Origin: an uncultured Gammaproteobacteria bacterium
GTDB taxonomy: Bacteria > Patescibacteriota > Microgenomatia > UBA1406 > GWC2-37-13
Direction: 5' to 3'
NCBI GenBank assembly: GCA_964490875.1
Contig: CAZBEF010000007.1
Location: forward strand, 5,241-69,240
DNA length: 64,000 bases
In this document: positions 46,757 through 58,056 of the stretch, in pieces
Layout of the letters: the number at the start of each line of letters is the position of its first letter
How positions within the stretch are numbered: position 1 is the stretch's first letter
Notes under the pieces: generated by a model
Databases searched by the model: none
What the model was told of the DNA's origin: nothing
What the model saw: the letters and a program-made list of their open reading frames with translations, nothing else
Program-made: the position numbers and the translations under genes

Positions 46757-47077
46757 TTACGTTGCAGTTCCAGATGCACCGCTATTATTACCTTGATTAT
46801 TTTGATTTTGAGATTCTCTAGCTCTTCTTTCAGCTTCTGCTGCTCTTAGTTGTTCCAAGAATTTTCTATCTTCTTCTAATTGTCGAGCTTGTTGAGCTGC
46901 ATAATCATCATCAGCACTAGGTGCCGGTGTTCCAGTTTTAGAAAACATACGATGATTCGCGAATCCTTCTAATTGTTTGGCTGGTCCAGTAAAAGATTTT
47001 AAGTTTTCAGGTTGATTTTGTTCAACTTGAGGAATTATATTTTTTTGTGGAGGTCTCAATGCTTCAATATTTCTCAT
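46757..47077 (-). CDS. hypothetical low-complexity protein (106 aa)
   Basis: ORF with a TATAAT upstream (gtgTATAATac). Charged and Q/N-rich. Weak support. Confidence 0.4.
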   Translation of the reverse strand: MRNIEALRPPQKNIIPQVEQNQPENLKSFTGPAKQLEGFANHRMFSKTGTPAPSADDDYAAQQARQLEEDRKFLEQLRAAEAERRARESQNQNNQGNNSGASGTAT

Positions 47078-47159
47078 AGAGTTAAAATAAATATTTTTAA
47101 ATGTATATCTGTATTATACACTATATATGCTTTTTTTCACTTTCGTCGAAAATGAAGAA

Positions 47160-48311
47160 TCATCTTGTCACCTGGTAGCTTTTTACGGTTTCCAGAAGTT
47201 TTTTGGCTTCGGCATTCTCTTCGAAATGCTTGCGCACCGGCTGAAGAAGTTCATCAAGCAGTTTAATAACAGTCTGTTTCAAATCCATCGGATGAAGCGA
47301 TTTGTCGGCGTACAATTTTTCCAGTTCTTCATACGACTTAATTTCCAGATTTCCACCAAATTTCTCCGGACGTTCGACTTTAAAGTCCGAAGTCGAAAGT
47401 CCGAAGTCCGAAGCGTCTTCAAGTGCAGGGAAGATGATGTATTTACAGTATTCCAGAACCGGATTTTCTTTAATTTCTCCCTCCGGAGCCCAGGCTTTGG
47501 ATATTTTCCGTTTAATATCTTCTCTCGTATCCGTCATAAATATTGCCGAATCCGGGTGGGACTTCGACATTTTAAGAGCAATTGTTCGGGAAATTTTGTC
47601 ATTTCTGGTTGAACTGTTTTCTGGATCCTTCGCTCCGCTCAGGATGACATCTTGTCCAGATGGTTTCTGCAAACCCATAAGCATATGATGGCTCACTACA
47701 ACCGGTTTCCAGTATCCAAGCATTGGCCCAATTTCGCGGGCGAGCATATTCACTTTCCGCTGATCCATCCCAAGCTGGGTAATTTTAGCTCCAAGGAGAA
47801 ATATATCAGCACACTGCATGCATGGGTAAATAATCTGCGCGGCGGTTAAGTCCATGCTTTCTTCGCGGCCCATAATTTCTGCCGTCCGAATAAACCGTTT
47901 CAGCGAATTTGTTTTCGCAATCTGGAGAACCAGTTTCCAGTAGCTGTCTTTTTTTACGTAATCCGAGGCCCAGTGGAATTCTACATTCGTAAGATCCATT
48001 CCGCATGCTTTCCAGACTTCAATAAAATATTTTCCGACAGTCTGAATTTTTTCCAAGTCGCCGCCCATTTTATTGTTGGCCCAGGCATGCCAGTCGGCAA
48101 CCCACATCTTAAAAGTCACGCCTGCCTTTGTCATTTTATTGACATTAATTGCTTTGAGAAGTCCTTGCGCAATATGAATCTGCCCCGAAGGTTCGAAGCC
48201 GTCGTAGGCAATAATTTTTTCGTTGGAAGAAAGAAGGGCGGTAAGGTCTTCTGTTGTAATTATTTCTTCACCGACTTGCTGAATAAGTTTTATTTTTTCC
48301 TGCAGATCCAT
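47160..48311 (-). CDS. tyrS: tyrosyl-tRNA synthetase, archaeal/eukaryotic-type
   Basis: AYDGFEPSGQIHIAQG (HIGH region), KMSKS, and C-terminal RPEKFGGNLEIKSYEELEKLY..LHPMDLK, which closely resembles M. jannaschii-type TyrRS as I recall it. TATAAT-N6-ATG. Confidence 0.9.
   Translation of the reverse strand: MDLQEKIKLIQQVGEEIITTEDLTALLSSNEKIIAYDGFEPSGQIHIAQGLLKAINVNKMTKAGVTFKMWVADWHAWANNKMGGDLEKIQTVGKYFIEVWKACGMDLTNVEFHWASDYVKKDSYWKLVLQIAKTNSLKRFIRTAEIMGREESMDLTAAQIIYPCMQCADIFLLGAKITQLGMDQRKVNMLAREIGPMLGYWKPVVVSHHMLMGLQKPSGQDVILSGAKDPENSSTRNDKISRTIALKMSKSHPDSAIFMTDTREDIKRKISKAWAPEGEIKENPVLEYCKYIIFPALEDASDFGLSTSDFKVERPEKFGGNLEIKSYEELEKLYADKSLHPMDLKQTVIKLLDELLQPVRKHFEENAEAKKLLETVKSYQVTR
47373..47415 (+). 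repeat. (AGTCCGA)n heptamer array in tyrS, antisense to the gene
   Basis: agtccga agtcgaa agtccga agtccga on the + strand. The gene is on the - strand, so it reads SDFGLSTSDFK. Confidence 0.85.
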
Positions 48312-48317
48312 ACAGAG

Positions 48318-48323
48318 ATTATA
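48318..48323 (-). promoter_or_regulatory. -10 box TATAAT, 6 nt upstream of the tyrS ATG
   Basis: Minus strand: gtTATAATctctgtATG. Confidence 0.5.
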
Positions 48324-48399
48324 ACAAACCCGACAATATTCTACTTGTATTTATTTTTTATTGATGATATCGTAAGTACTAACAGGCATTTTGCTCTAA

Positions 48400-49929
48400 A
48401 TGTATCAAATGGATAATTCACAAAATCAACCGGAACCACCTGCATCCAGCAGTCCATCTTTATCAGATATTTCTGCAGGGAATCCTGTATCTTCGCCTGT
48501 CGACACAACTATAGAATCCAAACCGTTAAGCCAGTCCGATATTTTTCCTTCGTCCGAACCTCAAGCGCCAGTACAATCTTCTCCTCCTCCTGTTTCTTCT
48601 GAACCTGCTGGGCCAGCTCCAGAACAACCAAGTATACCGCCCGTTGAATCAACACCGCCTTCCGTTGGTGAACCGCCAGTACCGCCTCCGCCTCCTCCAA
48701 CACCTCCAGCTATACCTTCGAAAGGCCAGAATAACAAACGGATTGCAATAATTGCCATGATGCTCATTTTCATGTCAGCAATTTTTGCACTCACATTGGT
48801 CTTCCGTTCGACAAAGTTCACAACACAAAATGAAGCAACAACTCCTTCAACCTGTACGTTATATAACACGAATATCGTTTTAGTTATTGACCGTTCCAGT
48901 ACAATGACTCAAAAAGAGTCGGACGGCAGGTCGAAACTAGAATGGGCTAAACAGTCGGCAAAAACACTGGTGTCACGAATCGCTTCTATGACCGGCGCTA
49001 CCGCAAAAATCAGCGTTATTTCGTTCGGAGCGCAGGGGAATGACGGAACAGGTACTCTTTCATCTGATAATAATTCTACTGTTCATATTAGTTTGAGTTC
49101 AGACTTAAATGCGGTTCAAACTGCAATTGATGGAGTCAAATATATTAAGTCGGGTACTTGTATTGAATGCGGAATCCGTCTTGCTAATCAACAGCTAGCT
49201 GCAACAGCATTGAATAGAGTAGTTATTTTACTTTCCGATGGAAAGGCCAATCATGATTGGTTGGGAAAAAGCGCCAATAGTACGGGTGCAATCAATTTTG
49301 CAAATACCGGAAGAAGTTCGGGTATTGTGTACTATGTTCTGGGGTACGGAGTAGGTTCGCAGATAGATGAAACAACATTAAAAGCCATAGCAGGCAAAGC
49401 AGAAAATTATAAATATAAACCAGATGCCACCTCATGGCCGGAAGCGTTCTTAAGCATTGTCGACTTAATCTGTGCATTACCAACTGCTACTCCTACGAAA
49501 ACACCCACGCCTACTCCAACAAAAACGCCTACACCGACACCTACAAAAACACCAACACCATTGCCAACCAAGACGCCTACTCCAACACTAACTAAGACAC
49601 CAACGCCAACGCCTACCAAAACACCGACACCATCACCTACAAAAACGCCGACTCCATCTCCAACAAAAACGCCTACACCGACACCTACAAAAACACCAAC
49701 ACCATTGCCAACCAAGACGCCAACACCTTTACCCACAAAAACACCAACACCTACAACGACATCCACACCAGTGCCAACAAAAACACCCACGCCGTCACCC
49801 ACCAAGACACCAACACCAACTCAAACCTTAACCCCATCGCCAACATCAACCATCACACCGACGCCAACCATGTGTACCGTTCCTAAGGCTGTAACGAATG
49901 TTAAAGTAAGTTGTCCGTTATGTAAGTAA
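48400..49929 (+). CDS. membrane-anchored vWA-domain protein with long TKTPTPxP repeat tail
   Basis: Pro-rich N-terminus, one TM segment, MIDAS-like [11 protein letters not shown] and a vWA-like fold pattern, about 14 repeats of an 8-aa PT unit, and a Cys-containing C-terminus. Confidence 0.8.
   Translation: MYQMDNSQNQPEPPASSSPSLSDISAGNPVSSPVDTTIESKPLSQSDIFPSSEPQAPVQSSPPPVSSEPAGPAPEQPSIPPVESTPPSVGEPPVPPPPPPTPPAIPSKGQNNKRIAIIAMMLIFMSAIFALTLVFRSTKFTTQNEATTPSTCTLYNTNIVLVIDRSSTMTQKESDGRSKLEWAKQSAKTLVSRIASMTGATAKISVISFGAQGNDGTGTLSSDNNSTVHISLSSDLNAVQTAIDGVKYIKSGTCIECGIRLANQQLAATALNRVVILLSDGKANHDWLGKSANSTGAINFANTGRSSGIVYYVLGYGVGSQIDETTLKAIAGKAENYKYKPDATSWPEAFLSIVDLICALPTATPTKTPTPTPTKTPTPTPTKTPTPLPTKTPTPTLTKTPTPTPTKTPTPSPTKTPTPSPTKTPTPTPTKTPTPLPTKTPTPLPTKTPTPTTTSTPVPTKTPTPSPTKTPTPTQTLTPSPTSTITPTPTMCTVPKAVTNVKVSCPLCK
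49480..49870 (+). repeat. coding tandem repeat, 24-nt period (TKTPTPxP), ~14 units with a 144-nt higher-order duplication
   Basis: Lies in frame in the vWA gene. aaaacgcctacaccgacacctacaaaaacaccaacaccattgccaaccaagacgcc occurs twice, 144 nt apart. Confidence 0.85.
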
Positions 49930-49933
49930 TCGT

Positions 49934-50869
49934 ATGAAAAAGAAACAGAGAATATTAATACTATCCATATTCACAGTAGTCATACTTATTGGCTTAGTCG
50001 TGGCTCTGTATTTACTGCGGGCTCCGCAAACGACGGTAAATCGAGCTACAACAGAACCAATGTGTCCTGCCAACGGCGCCTCATGTTCTTGGGACAGTGA
50101 CGGTAGTGCAACCTCATTCAAAGTAGAAGTTGTTGACGAAAATACCGGCAATACCATCTTAACCACGACAACATCAAATAAAGCTGTACAATTTACGCCG
50201 ATTCCGAATCATAAATATACGTGTAATGTTACGCCGATAAATTCATGCGGAGAAGGACCTGCGGCAACCGCTTCGAATATATGTATTCCAGAAGCTACAC
50301 CGACAAATACACCGTCGCCTTCACCAACCTTAACCCCGACGCCAACCGTTATTGCGTGCCAGCAGCCGAGCACCTGCATGACAGAAGAAGCATGTACATC
50401 ATCCGGAGGAAAAACAAATGGGGAGCGCTGCGAAACCGAAGGTACAATTTGTTGTGTGCCTGCAGAAAGTACACCGACACCAACTCCAACCGAGACGCCT
50501 GTACCTACGGCAACCTACACCCCAACACCAACTGCTACCCCAACACCGATCCCAACCTATACTCCTGTGCCAACATACACGCCGATTCCAACCTATACGC
50601 CATATCCTACCTACACGCCGTTCCCGTCTGCAACACCGACAGTGCTGCCAACCGCAACCCCATACCCAACCTATACACCGCAGCCAACATTTACATCAGC
50701 GCCAACACCCACACCAACAGAAATTGTGATTGCGGTAAATAATACAAACACGCCAACACCAACTCGTGAAGGTACAGCAGTGCCTACAATTCCATCAGCA
50801 GGTATTCCGGTGGCATGGTACGTAATCTTTATTCCTCTGGCGCTTCTTGCTCTAGGGATGGTATTTTAG
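49934..50869 (+). CDS. membrane-anchored Fn3-like/Cys-rich/PT-rich surface protein
   Basis: Starts 4 nt after the previous stop. N-terminal TM segment, Fn3-like segment ([26 protein letters not shown]), PT-rich linkers, and a C-terminal IPSAG followed by a hydrophobic tail. Confidence 0.75.
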   Translation: MKKKQRILILSIFTVVILIGLVVALYLLRAPQTTVNRATTEPMCPANGASCSWDSDGSATSFKVEVVDENTGNTILTTTTSNKAVQFTPIPNHKYTCNVTPINSCGEGPAATASNICIPEATPTNTPSPSPTLTPTPTVIACQQPSTCMTEEACTSSGGKTNGERCETEGTICCVPAESTPTPTPTETPVPTATYTPTPTATPTPIPTYTPVPTYTPIPTYTPYPTYTPFPSATPTVLPTATPYPTYTPQPTFTSAPTPTPTEIVIAVNNTNTPTPTREGTAVPTIPSAGIPVAWYVIFIPLALLALGMVF

Positions 50870-52313
50870 AAGAATTTTTACCAATCAGGCCTTTTTTCAT
50901 CCATTTTTGCAAGTCTTTTTCCATTCTTCTTCGTAGATGATAAGTCTGACCGATATATAATTGAAGCATCGTGAAAGCGGATGCTATAGCATGTTCTTCC
51001 ACTCCTTCAATGAGTGCTTTTGCCATGGGGTTATTCATCTGTCCACCAAAACCAAGCACACCAACAGCAGTAGGGAATGTGAGAGTCGCACCGGTATCTA
51101 TTCCAAGGTGAACTGGATTATTGGCAAACATCATCCTTGCAGTTTGTAAATATGATTTACCTGTCTGTTTCTGTAAAGCCCGTATAGTATCATGAGTTGT
51201 AATAGCAGCAACCAAAAATGGTACACCTCCATAAACTATTGATCCAGGAACCGAACCGTATGTATCATTTACCATTTCTGCTCCAGCACTTCCGAGAGCA
51301 GTAGTAAGAACACTTGTACTAAATGATCTTCGATGCGATCCAGTTAGTAGACGTTTTCCAAACTCGATTGCTTTCTTAGAAAGTGTTTCATCTTCGAGCC
51401 ATGGAGCCAGTTGCCCCCAGAATGTTACCAAATCGGCTACAAAAGGAGGAATAAAATTGATTAGCGACTGAACAACTGGATTATCTCGGTTATGTTCATT
51501 TAGCACATGTAAAAGCGGCATACAGGCCACAATGCTTGTCATACCATATAATGCTCCTTTCATTTCCTTCGTTAACATTGTTTTCATCAGTATTGCTTCG
51601 GCATAATCGCCTTCAAAATTTTCATCAACTCGTGTGTTTAAAAGCTTTGTTTGTTGGTGAAGTTTGTTTGAATGATCTTTTCCATTATGTATGGGAATTA
51701 GCGCTACATTGACAAATTCGTGGCTTACCTGTTTGATTTTTTCATCTCTGTTTTCTAAAGCAATCGTAACTTTTTCAACAGTACTTTCACCTTCTGTATC
51801 TTCTATGGCTTTTAAATAATGAGGGCTTGGTTTTTTGAATCGTGAAATAACAATCACGGTTTTATCTTCTAGTTCTTCTTTTGCGTTATCAAAAAAATCC
51901 TGTTTCATCTGACTGATTACAAAACGAGTGTGTAAGGATAGTTGTTCAAAAGAAGCGATATCTGAAAGATGTGCTGCAGTAACAACTTCGACATCAATAA
52001 ATTTGCGAATTTTTTTCAATACTTTTTTCAATTCAGGATCTTCAGTATTGGCCATAAGATCCTTCAGAATATCGGCACTGAAGGTATGAGTTGAGTCTAC
52101 TTTGCGTAGGGATGAAAAAGCAGCTCTTAGTTGGCCTATTTCGGTAATAGTTAAGATTCCACCCAAGCCAGCATAGGCAATAGTTCTTTTATCTTTAGTA
52201 GAATATCCAGGAAATTCCATAATTGAAGATAGTTGATAATCCGAAAGAATGATGGTTTTTCTTTCTACGTTTTGTGGAGTTTCTGGTGGGGGAGTATGAG
52301 CTTCTAATGACAT
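50829..52313 (-). CDS. hypothetical protein with hydrophobic C-terminal half (494 aa)
   Basis: Long ORF. Its 3' end overlaps the convergent gene by 41 nt. No domain recognised. Confidence 0.65.
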   Translation of the reverse strand: MSLEAHTPPPETPQNVERKTIILSDYQLSSIMEFPGYSTKDKRTIAYAGLGGILTITEIGQLRAAFSSLRKVDSTHTFSADILKDLMANTEDPELKKVLKKIRKFIDVEVVTAAHLSDIASFEQLSLHTRFVISQMKQDFFDNAKEELEDKTVIVISRFKKPSPHYLKAIEDTEGESTVEKVTIALENRDEKIKQVSHEFVNVALIPIHNGKDHSNKLHQQTKLLNTRVDENFEGDYAEAILMKTMLTKEMKGALYGMTSIVACMPLLHVLNEHNRDNPVVQSLINFIPPFVADLVTFWGQLAPWLEDETLSKKAIEFGKRLLTGSHRRSFSTSVLTTALGSAGAEMVNDTYGSVPGSIVYGGVPFLVAAITTHDTIRALQKQTGKSYLQTARMMFANNPVHLGIDTGATLTFPTAVGVLGFGGQMNNPMAKALIEGVEEHAIASAFTMLQLYIGQTYHLRRRMEKDLQKWMKKGLIGKNSSKIPSLEQEAPEE

Positions 52314-52394
52314 ATATAATATGTATATTATATAATATTATAGGTCAAAATTCAATCTGGTTAAGATCGGTTATATTGAAAAAATTAATGAAGA

Positions 52395-54650
52395 TTAATT
52401 CTGAATGGAATCCTGATTTACCGGCAGTTTAGATGTGGGGAGCGAGAAGCTAAATGTAGAGCCTTTTCCCAGCTCAGACTCCACCCATATCTTGCCTCCA
52501 TGCATTTCTACAATAGCTTTGGAAATATACAATCCAAGCCCGGTTCCTTTCGAGCCTTGGGCCAGCCTTCCCGCCACACGGAAGAACTTGGTAAACAGCT
52601 TCGACAAGGCTTCCTTTGGAATCCCTTCACCGGTATCTTTAATGTGGGTAATAACTTCTTTATCAGTGTAATCAACAAACACTTCAACAGTTCCACCAGG
52701 ATATGTGTAGGACAAAGCATTGGAGAGAAGATTGTTTATAACTTCTGTTATACGAAGCTTGTCGGCCAGAACAGTAAGCGAAGGTAAGCTCGGCGGAGTA
52801 TATACAAGATTTATTTTTTTGTCTTTTGCCCGGCCGTTGAATTCATCTACCGTCTGAGCTACAATCGGCAGCCAGTCGGTGGGCTGCAGAGCAGTTGAAA
52901 AGACGCCGCGTTCTATCTTGGTCACACTGAGAAGATTTTCAACAAGAGCCAGCAGCTGCTGGCTTGCTATCTGAATCCGATCCAGGAACGTTTTTTGTTC
53001 CTCACTATATCGTCCTGTTGTTTCCTGAATAAATATTGAAAGATATCCGCGGATTGCGGTAAGCGGTGTGCGCAGTTCGTGGGCCGCCATGGAAACAAAG
53101 TCAAGCTTCATATCCTCAAGTTCCTGTTGTTTGGTAACATCGTATGTTGTAAGCAGGTACTTAATAGACGACGATTCAGAATTCTGAAGAGGCGAAAGAA
53201 CTGCCCGGACGTATTTTTTTTCATCATTAACCATCACTTTATAGAGTAAAACTTCGGCAGAATCGGCTCCTTGAAGCAACAGTTTTATAGAAATTTTTTC
53301 GTCATCACGGTAGAGCTGGATTGCATCATCGAATGTTTCATTGAGAAGTTTGTTGAAAGATAACGGCGATAATCGGGACAGTGCATTGTTGGCGAAGATT
53401 ATTTTAAAGTCTGCGTTAAGGCCGGCAATTCCATTATCGGTATTTTTAAGTACCGTTGATAATGTATTCTTTTCCTCGACCAGAGAAGTGCGGTCATGTT
53501 TAATATTTTCTGCCATTCTTTTGTATGCATCGGCGAGTGCGTCAAGTTCATCTCCGGTATGAATGTTGATGGGATAATCAAAATCTCCCTTGCCAATCCG
53601 ATCGGCGGCATCGGCAAGAAGTTGAACAGGATGAGTAATCTGTCGGGAAATAAATATGCTGAATAAAATAACAATGATAACGGGAACCAGAAATAACGGC
53701 ATTGCCTGCGTTTGGATCCGGCCCACATCGGATGTAATATCGGCAAGCGGTTCTTCGGCAATTACGGCCCAGCCGGTGCGTTCAATCCGCTGATGTGCAG
53801 CAATTACCGGGACATCCACCAAACTTGCTGTTGTGCGGGCTACCGGTTCGGCTTTTGGATCTGGTACCGCATTCATCCTAACAAAATTTTGCGGTTCTGA
53901 TTGCGGATAAAGTTCGGTATTCATCCCCACCAACCGATTATTCCGGTGAGAAATTACTGCACCATTGTAATCAACCAGATATATATATCCATTTTTTCCG
54001 ATTTTAAATTCTGCAATTTCCGAAGATAACTGCCGCAGCGATACAGTTCCGATTAAGACCCCAAATACTTCTTCCGCGTAGCGGGCCACTACTTGTCCGC
54101 TTGAAAATGTTTTTAGAGACTGGGCATTTTTTGGAAATACGATGGGCACGGCGATAGACATATAGGGCCCTTGCTGAGGATCAAACATCACAGGGCCGAT
54201 ATATTCTTTTCCATATTTAAACAGTGCAACTCTAAATGCTTCACTATCAGCAATATTTTTCAGCTCATTTTTATTAAAGAGTTTGTTTCGCGTTACCTTC
54301 ACCAGTTCCTGTCCGTTTTTATCGGCATACGCTAACGACATAACGTCGGGGTCCTGCAGAAGAAAGTTCGAAAGATCATCCTGAACTAACGCCACGTTGC
54401 CGCTTAAGAGCGAAGCTCCCTGAGAATGGGAAAGAAATCCGAGCAATTTTGTTTTTAAGAAATCATCTATTTTACTGGAAGCGGTTTTTGTTATATCTGT
54501 CAATGTATGTTCAGCAGTACTGCGTGTTGTTATCTGTGTGTTCTGATACCAGTACCAGTTGGTGATGGTGAAGGGGATGATGGCGGTTAGGATAAGGAGG
54601 AAAAAAATCTTAACTCCCATTGAAATGAATATAGATCTGCCGGATTTCAT
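52395..54650 (-). CDS. sensor histidine kinase (extracellular sensor domain, HAMP, PAS-like, HisKA, HATPase_c)
   Basis: Two TM segments flank a domain of about 280 aa. H-box [15 protein letters not shown]-box [10 protein letters not shown]-boxes DTGEGIP and GTGLGLYIS. Confidence 0.9.
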   Translation of the reverse strand: MKSGRSIFISMGVKIFFLLILTAIIPFTITNWYWYQNTQITTRSTAEHTLTDITKTASSKIDDFLKTKLLGFLSHSQGASLLSGNVALVQDDLSNFLLQDPDVMSLAYADKNGQELVKVTRNKLFNKNELKNIADSEAFRVALFKYGKEYIGPVMFDPQQGPYMSIAVPIVFPKNAQSLKTFSSGQVVARYAEEVFGVLIGTVSLRQLSSEIAEFKIGKNGYIYLVDYNGAVISHRNNRLVGMNTELYPQSEPQNFVRMNAVPDPKAEPVARTTASLVDVPVIAAHQRIERTGWAVIAEEPLADITSDVGRIQTQAMPLFLVPVIIVILFSIFISRQITHPVQLLADAADRIGKGDFDYPINIHTGDELDALADAYKRMAENIKHDRTSLVEEKNTLSTVLKNTDNGIAGLNADFKIIFANNALSRLSPLSFNKLLNETFDDAIQLYRDDEKISIKLLLQGADSAEVLLYKVMVNDEKKYVRAVLSPLQNSESSSIKYLLTTYDVTKQQELEDMKLDFVSMAAHELRTPLTAIRGYLSIFIQETTGRYSEEQKTFLDRIQIASQQLLALVENLLSVTKIERGVFSTALQPTDWLPIVAQTVDEFNGRAKDKKINLVYTPPSLPSLTVLADKLRITEVINNLLSNALSYTYPGGTVEVFVDYTDKEVITHIKDTGEGIPKEALSKLFTKFFRVAGRLAQGSKGTGLGLYISKAIVEMHGGKIWVESELGKGSTFSFSLPTSKLPVNQDSIQN

Positions 54651-54689
54651 ATACAGGTATTATTATCTGAAAAAGTTTACTGCCAGGAG

Positions 54690-55310
54690 TTATGGTTTTG
54701 GCGCCTCTGGGAAAGGAATGTTATTTTCCTGAATATTCTTGATAACTTCCGGTGAGTATACTTCTTCCAATTTTGCATCAGGACAAATCATTTCGAGTTC
54801 ATGATGATCAGCTAAAAATATGTGAAGATCGATATGTGGTACCGGAAATCCAGAATGGGGTGGGCTCCAGTGAATACTAAAGTTTTTATATTCGGCCGGG
54901 GTGAGTTCGAAATGTTTATCGTTGTGAACTACAAAGTCATTTAAATCATAATTATTCTGTTTCATGTAGGCTTCCATCTGAGGAAGAGACATTTTGGCAG
55001 TTTTTTCACCTGGCAGGTCTTCAAGCTTCAGCATGTATTCAAGAGAAACCACTTTTCCGTTATACGCTGTGTAATATGGTCCACCCGGAAGGTCGGCTGG
55101 GCGCACCCAATGTTCGCCTTCAGTTGGGATACATTCAGAAATTTTTACAGCGCCGGGAGGAAGTTTTACAATTTTTTCTGCCGGCTGGTGGGTAATTTTT
55201 GCAGCAGAAGCAGCAACAAGAGCCTGCTGATTTGATCGATACAGGTAATACACAGCCGAAACAAGAATTAGGTAGGTAATTGTTATAAAGACAAAGAAAG
55301 GAATTTTCAT
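54690..55310 (-). CDS. membrane-anchored hypothetical protein (206 aa)
   Basis: N-terminal TM segment. No domain recognised. Confidence 0.6.
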   Translation of the reverse strand: MKIPFFVFITITYLILVSAVYYLYRSNQQALVAASAAKITHQPAEKIVKLPPGAVKISECIPTEGEHWVRPADLPGGPYYTAYNGKVVSLEYMLKLEDLPGEKTAKMSLPQMEAYMKQNNYDLNDFVVHNDKHFELTPAEYKNFSIHWSPPHSGFPVPHIDLHIFLADHHELEMICPDAKLEEVYSPEVIKNIQENNIPFPEAPKP

Positions 55311-55385
55311 TATTAATTACATAATGGAGTATTCTTTGGTGAATGTCAAGATCTTTTTGTGCCTTAGGTCACACACGAAGGAGAA

Positions 55386-55667
55386 TTAATTTGTACCAGG
55401 GCAGGGAGCAAACTGGCAGTTTGGCCCCACTCGGCCAACATACGAACCATCAGGGCACTGCATAGCGTCTGCAGTGCAAAATGTTTCTTCTGTTTCATCA
55501 TTCTCCATTTCTTCAACTGGAGATGGTACAACTTTATTCATGCGGGAAGATTTTCCGCCATTTCCCAATAAAAATCCCAAAATAAACGCAAGAGCAATAA
55601 TGCAGGCTAAAGCAATAAGTATATGATTAGTATCTTTATATTGAAACGGAGGCGTCTTAGATGCCAT
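55386..55667 (-). CDS. small membrane-anchored protein with Cys-rich C-terminus
   Basis: 93 aa with one TM segment and the C-terminus FCTADAMQCPDGSYVGRVGPNCQFAPCPG. Confidence 0.55.
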   Translation of the reverse strand: MASKTPPFQYKDTNHILIALACIIALAFILGFLLGNGGKSSRMNKVVPSPVEEMENDETEETFCTADAMQCPDGSYVGRVGPNCQFAPCPGTN

Positions 55668-55740
55668 ATGAAATCATATTTACATATTGAGAAGTATTTG
55701 TCAATACTATGCAAATAGTATTGTTAAATGTGAGAAGTTT

Positions 55741-56079
55741 TTAGGATAATTTGAAGATTATTTTTAAAATGAAATTTCCTATAAAAAAGGAAAAGGTATT
55801 CATGCATACCGATACCAGAAAAAGTTTTTTTAAACCTTTCCGTAAAGCATAGGCAAGCAATAACCACTCGATAAATATAACTATAATTTCCAAAAATATA
55901 AGGTTGAAAATGTTAGCTTCAAAGAAGCTGTATGAAAGATTTAATTGAAGAATGTAATTTAGTAGCGGATTCGTACACAAATTAACAAGAAATACAGCCG
56001 CAAGGTTTTTTTTATTACGAAATCCGAAGACAAAGACTATAATCAACTCTATAATTTCTGTGATAAACAGAGTGATCAT
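55741..56079 (-). CDS. small integral membrane protein
   Basis: 112 aa with 3-4 hydrophobic segments. AT-rich. Confidence 0.45.
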   Translation of the reverse strand: MITLFITEIIELIIVFVFGFRNKKNLAAVFLVNLCTNPLLNYILQLNLSYSFFEANIFNLIFLEIIVIFIEWLLLAYALRKGLKKLFLVSVCMNTFSFFIGNFILKIIFKLS

Positions 56080-56085
56080 AAAATA

Positions 56086-56487
56086 TTACTTGGTTTTTCT
56101 TTTTCTGATTATTGTTAAAGCTACAAGAGATACTAATGTAATTATTAAGATAACAATTCCCAAGTATATATTTTTTTTCAGTAAAACTTCCGTTCCATTA
56201 TCTTCCGCATTAAGTTTTAAACAATATTTTGATTCCCCGCCAAAGGAAGATCTGTGTCCCGTAAGCGCATAATAATTGGGATTATTGCTGAATTTTATAC
56301 ATTCGTCGTAGGTCAGAGGGCCGAACGGTTTTTCACTCTTATAACTGCATGTAATCTCTTTTTCTCCCGGTTTGCAATGTTTCGTAAAATATGTCGGATC
56401 GATTAAATCAGCACTTACTTGAAATACTGAAAGAAGGAATACAAAGATCGTAATGCCAGTAGAAATTAAGTTGATAGATTTATTCAT
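56086..56487 (-). CDS. secreted/membrane protein with C-terminal TM segment
   Basis: 133 aa with a signal-like N-terminus, 4 Cys and a C-terminal hydrophobic segment followed by RKRKTK. Confidence 0.5.
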   Translation of the reverse strand: MNKSINLISTGITIFVFLLSVFQVSADLIDPTYFTKHCKPGEKEITCSYKSEKPFGPLTYDECIKFSNNPNYYALTGHRSSFGGESKYCLKLNAEDNGTEVLLKKNIYLGIVILIITLVSLVALTIIRKRKTK

Positions 56488-56541
56488 ATCTGTATGTTAT
56501 TAAGTATTCCAGATTAAAATGAAGTTTGCAAGTGATAGCAT

Positions 56542-57516
56542 TTATCCCAAGCCCATTTTTTTCTTGACTTCGGCAACGGTTTCGGCGGCAAGCGTGCGGG
56601 CTTTTTGTGAACCTTCGGCAATTACGCGGTCTACATAGGCAGAATCGGCTTCAAGCTGTGATCGTTTTTCCTGAAGCGGTTTTAATTCGGCAGAAATTCC
56701 TTCGGCAACAGCATCCTTAATCTGTACAAACTGCAATGTGCCTTCTTCATACTGCTTTTTGAATTCAGAAGCTTTTTCGGGAATAAATAAGTCGGCGAAT
56801 GTAAACAGCGCTTTGGTGCCTGGTGTCATTTCGCCTCCGGCTGCAGTAGCCGTGGGGATGGAACGAATTTTTTTGCGAATTTCATCAAGCGAATCCGTTA
56901 AATTAATATAACTACCTTCCACAGACTTGCCCATTTTTCCTTCGCCTTTTAAAGAAGGTACATATTCACCCTTTGTGGCAAAACGGGTTGGTTCGGGGAA
57001 GTCGGTGCCAAAATCGGCGTTCATGCGCCGGGCGATTTCACGGGAAACCTCAAGATGCGGTTCCTGGTCTATCCCAACCGGCACAAGCGATGCTTTATAA
57101 ACCAGAATATCGGCGGTCATCAAAATTGGATAATTTAAAAGAGCCATAGTGGCATGCTGAGGATATTGTTTAACTTTATCTTTAAATGTCGGCAGATGCT
57201 GCATTTTGGCAATGGTTACAACGGAAGAAAAATAAAAGGCGAGTTCAAAGTGCTGCGGCACGTCGGCCTGCTGAAAAATAATGCTTTTTTCCGGATCGAG
57301 TCCGGCGGCTAAATAGTCGATAATTACTTCACGCCGGTTTTTCCGCAGTTCTTCAATATTGAAGGGAGTGGTGATTGAATGTGCATCGGCCACCATGTAC
57401 AGAGTTTCGTATTCTGGATCATTCTGAAGGGCGAGCATGCCTTTTACGGCGCCCAAATAGTTGCCGATATGCAACCGGCCGCTTGCCCGGATTCCCGAAA
57501 GTACTCGTTTTTTCAT
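56542..57516 (-). CDS. trpS: tryptophanyl-tRNA synthetase
   Basis: GRLHIGNYLGA (HIGH), KMGKS (KMSKS), length 324 aa. Extended -10 TGgTATGAT-N6-ATG. Confidence 0.9.
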   Translation of the reverse strand: MKKRVLSGIRASGRLHIGNYLGAVKGMLALQNDPEYETLYMVADAHSITTPFNIEELRKNRREVIIDYLAAGLDPEKSIIFQQADVPQHFELAFYFSSVVTIAKMQHLPTFKDKVKQYPQHATMALLNYPILMTADILVYKASLVPVGIDQEPHLEVSREIARRMNADFGTDFPEPTRFATKGEYVPSLKGEGKMGKSVEGSYINLTDSLDEIRKKIRSIPTATAAGGEMTPGTKALFTFADLFIPEKASEFKKQYEEGTLQFVQIKDAVAEGISAELKPLQEKRSQLEADSAYVDRVIAEGSQKARTLAAETVAEVKKKMGLG

Positions 57517-57522
57517 GAAATA

Positions 57523-57531
57523 ATCATACCA
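57523..57531 (-). promoter_or_regulatory. extended -10 TGgTATGAT, 6 nt upstream of the trpS ATG
   Basis: Minus strand: TGgTATGATtatttcATG. Confidence 0.5.
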
Positions 57532-57699
57532 TACACCATTTGCAGTTTGTTCGGTTATGTGGTATATATAAAATTAAAGACGTCTTAATAATGTAAGTGT
57601 ATTTAATAGTTCAATTTTATTGAACAAATACTTTTAATTTAAAACTAAAATTTCAGTACATTTTGATCATAATTGATAGTTATTGACATAGTGTTTCTT

Positions 57700-58056
57700 A
57701 TGGCAGCGGAATCAAAGGGAAATTCGACTGAGGATTTGATAGCATATCTTAAAGGAATTGATATAACTAGTACTAAAAAAGATCATTCTAAAAAAACACT
57801 CGGGGAATCCATTAAGCAACATGAAATTGAAATTTTCCTTTGTTTGGCAGTTGCTTTAGGTGTAGCAAATAAATATTTTCCTTCTTTAATTAATCAAGTA
57901 CCAGTTCCACAAGAAAGCCAGGGTGACAATCATGTGTTAAATTTACCCAGAACTTTAAGTGAAGTAACCGGGGTTAATTTTGATATTTACAAACCAGCAC
58001 CGACAAATGCTCCTAAGATTACTCCTACATCGACCATAACCCCTACTGTAAAGTAG
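57700..58056 (+). CDS. hypothetical protein
   Basis: ORF with ATG at 57700 (the track start at 57673 is TTG). One hydrophobic segment and a PT-rich end. Weak support. Confidence 0.35.
   Translation: MAAESKGNSTEDLIAYLKGIDITSTKKDHSKKTLGESIKQHEIEIFLCLAVALGVANKYFPSLINQVPVPQESQGDNHVLNLPRTLSEVTGVNFDIYKPAPTNAPKITPTSTITPTVK

Noticed and set aside
47127-48416. Plus-strand ORFs 47127-47612, 47302-47688, 47652-47849 and 47973-48416
   Set aside because: They are antisense to the well-supported tyrS gene, and one includes the heptamer array translated on the wrong strand. No start signals are present.
49480-49870. A CRISPR-like array, suggested by the regular short repeats
   Set aside because: The 24-nt units are contiguous with no spacers, are imperfect, and lie in frame encoding TKTPTPxP within a vWA protein. 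The PT-rich region at 50465-50770 and the alternative-frame ORFs at 50245-50742 and 50418-50729 are likewise artefacts of PT coding repeats.
50829-50869. The 41-nt overlap of convergent genes as a regulatory antisense module
   Set aside because: Only the positions of the stop codons are known. The overlap may simply reflect a slightly shorter true C-terminus, and no structure or motif supports a function.
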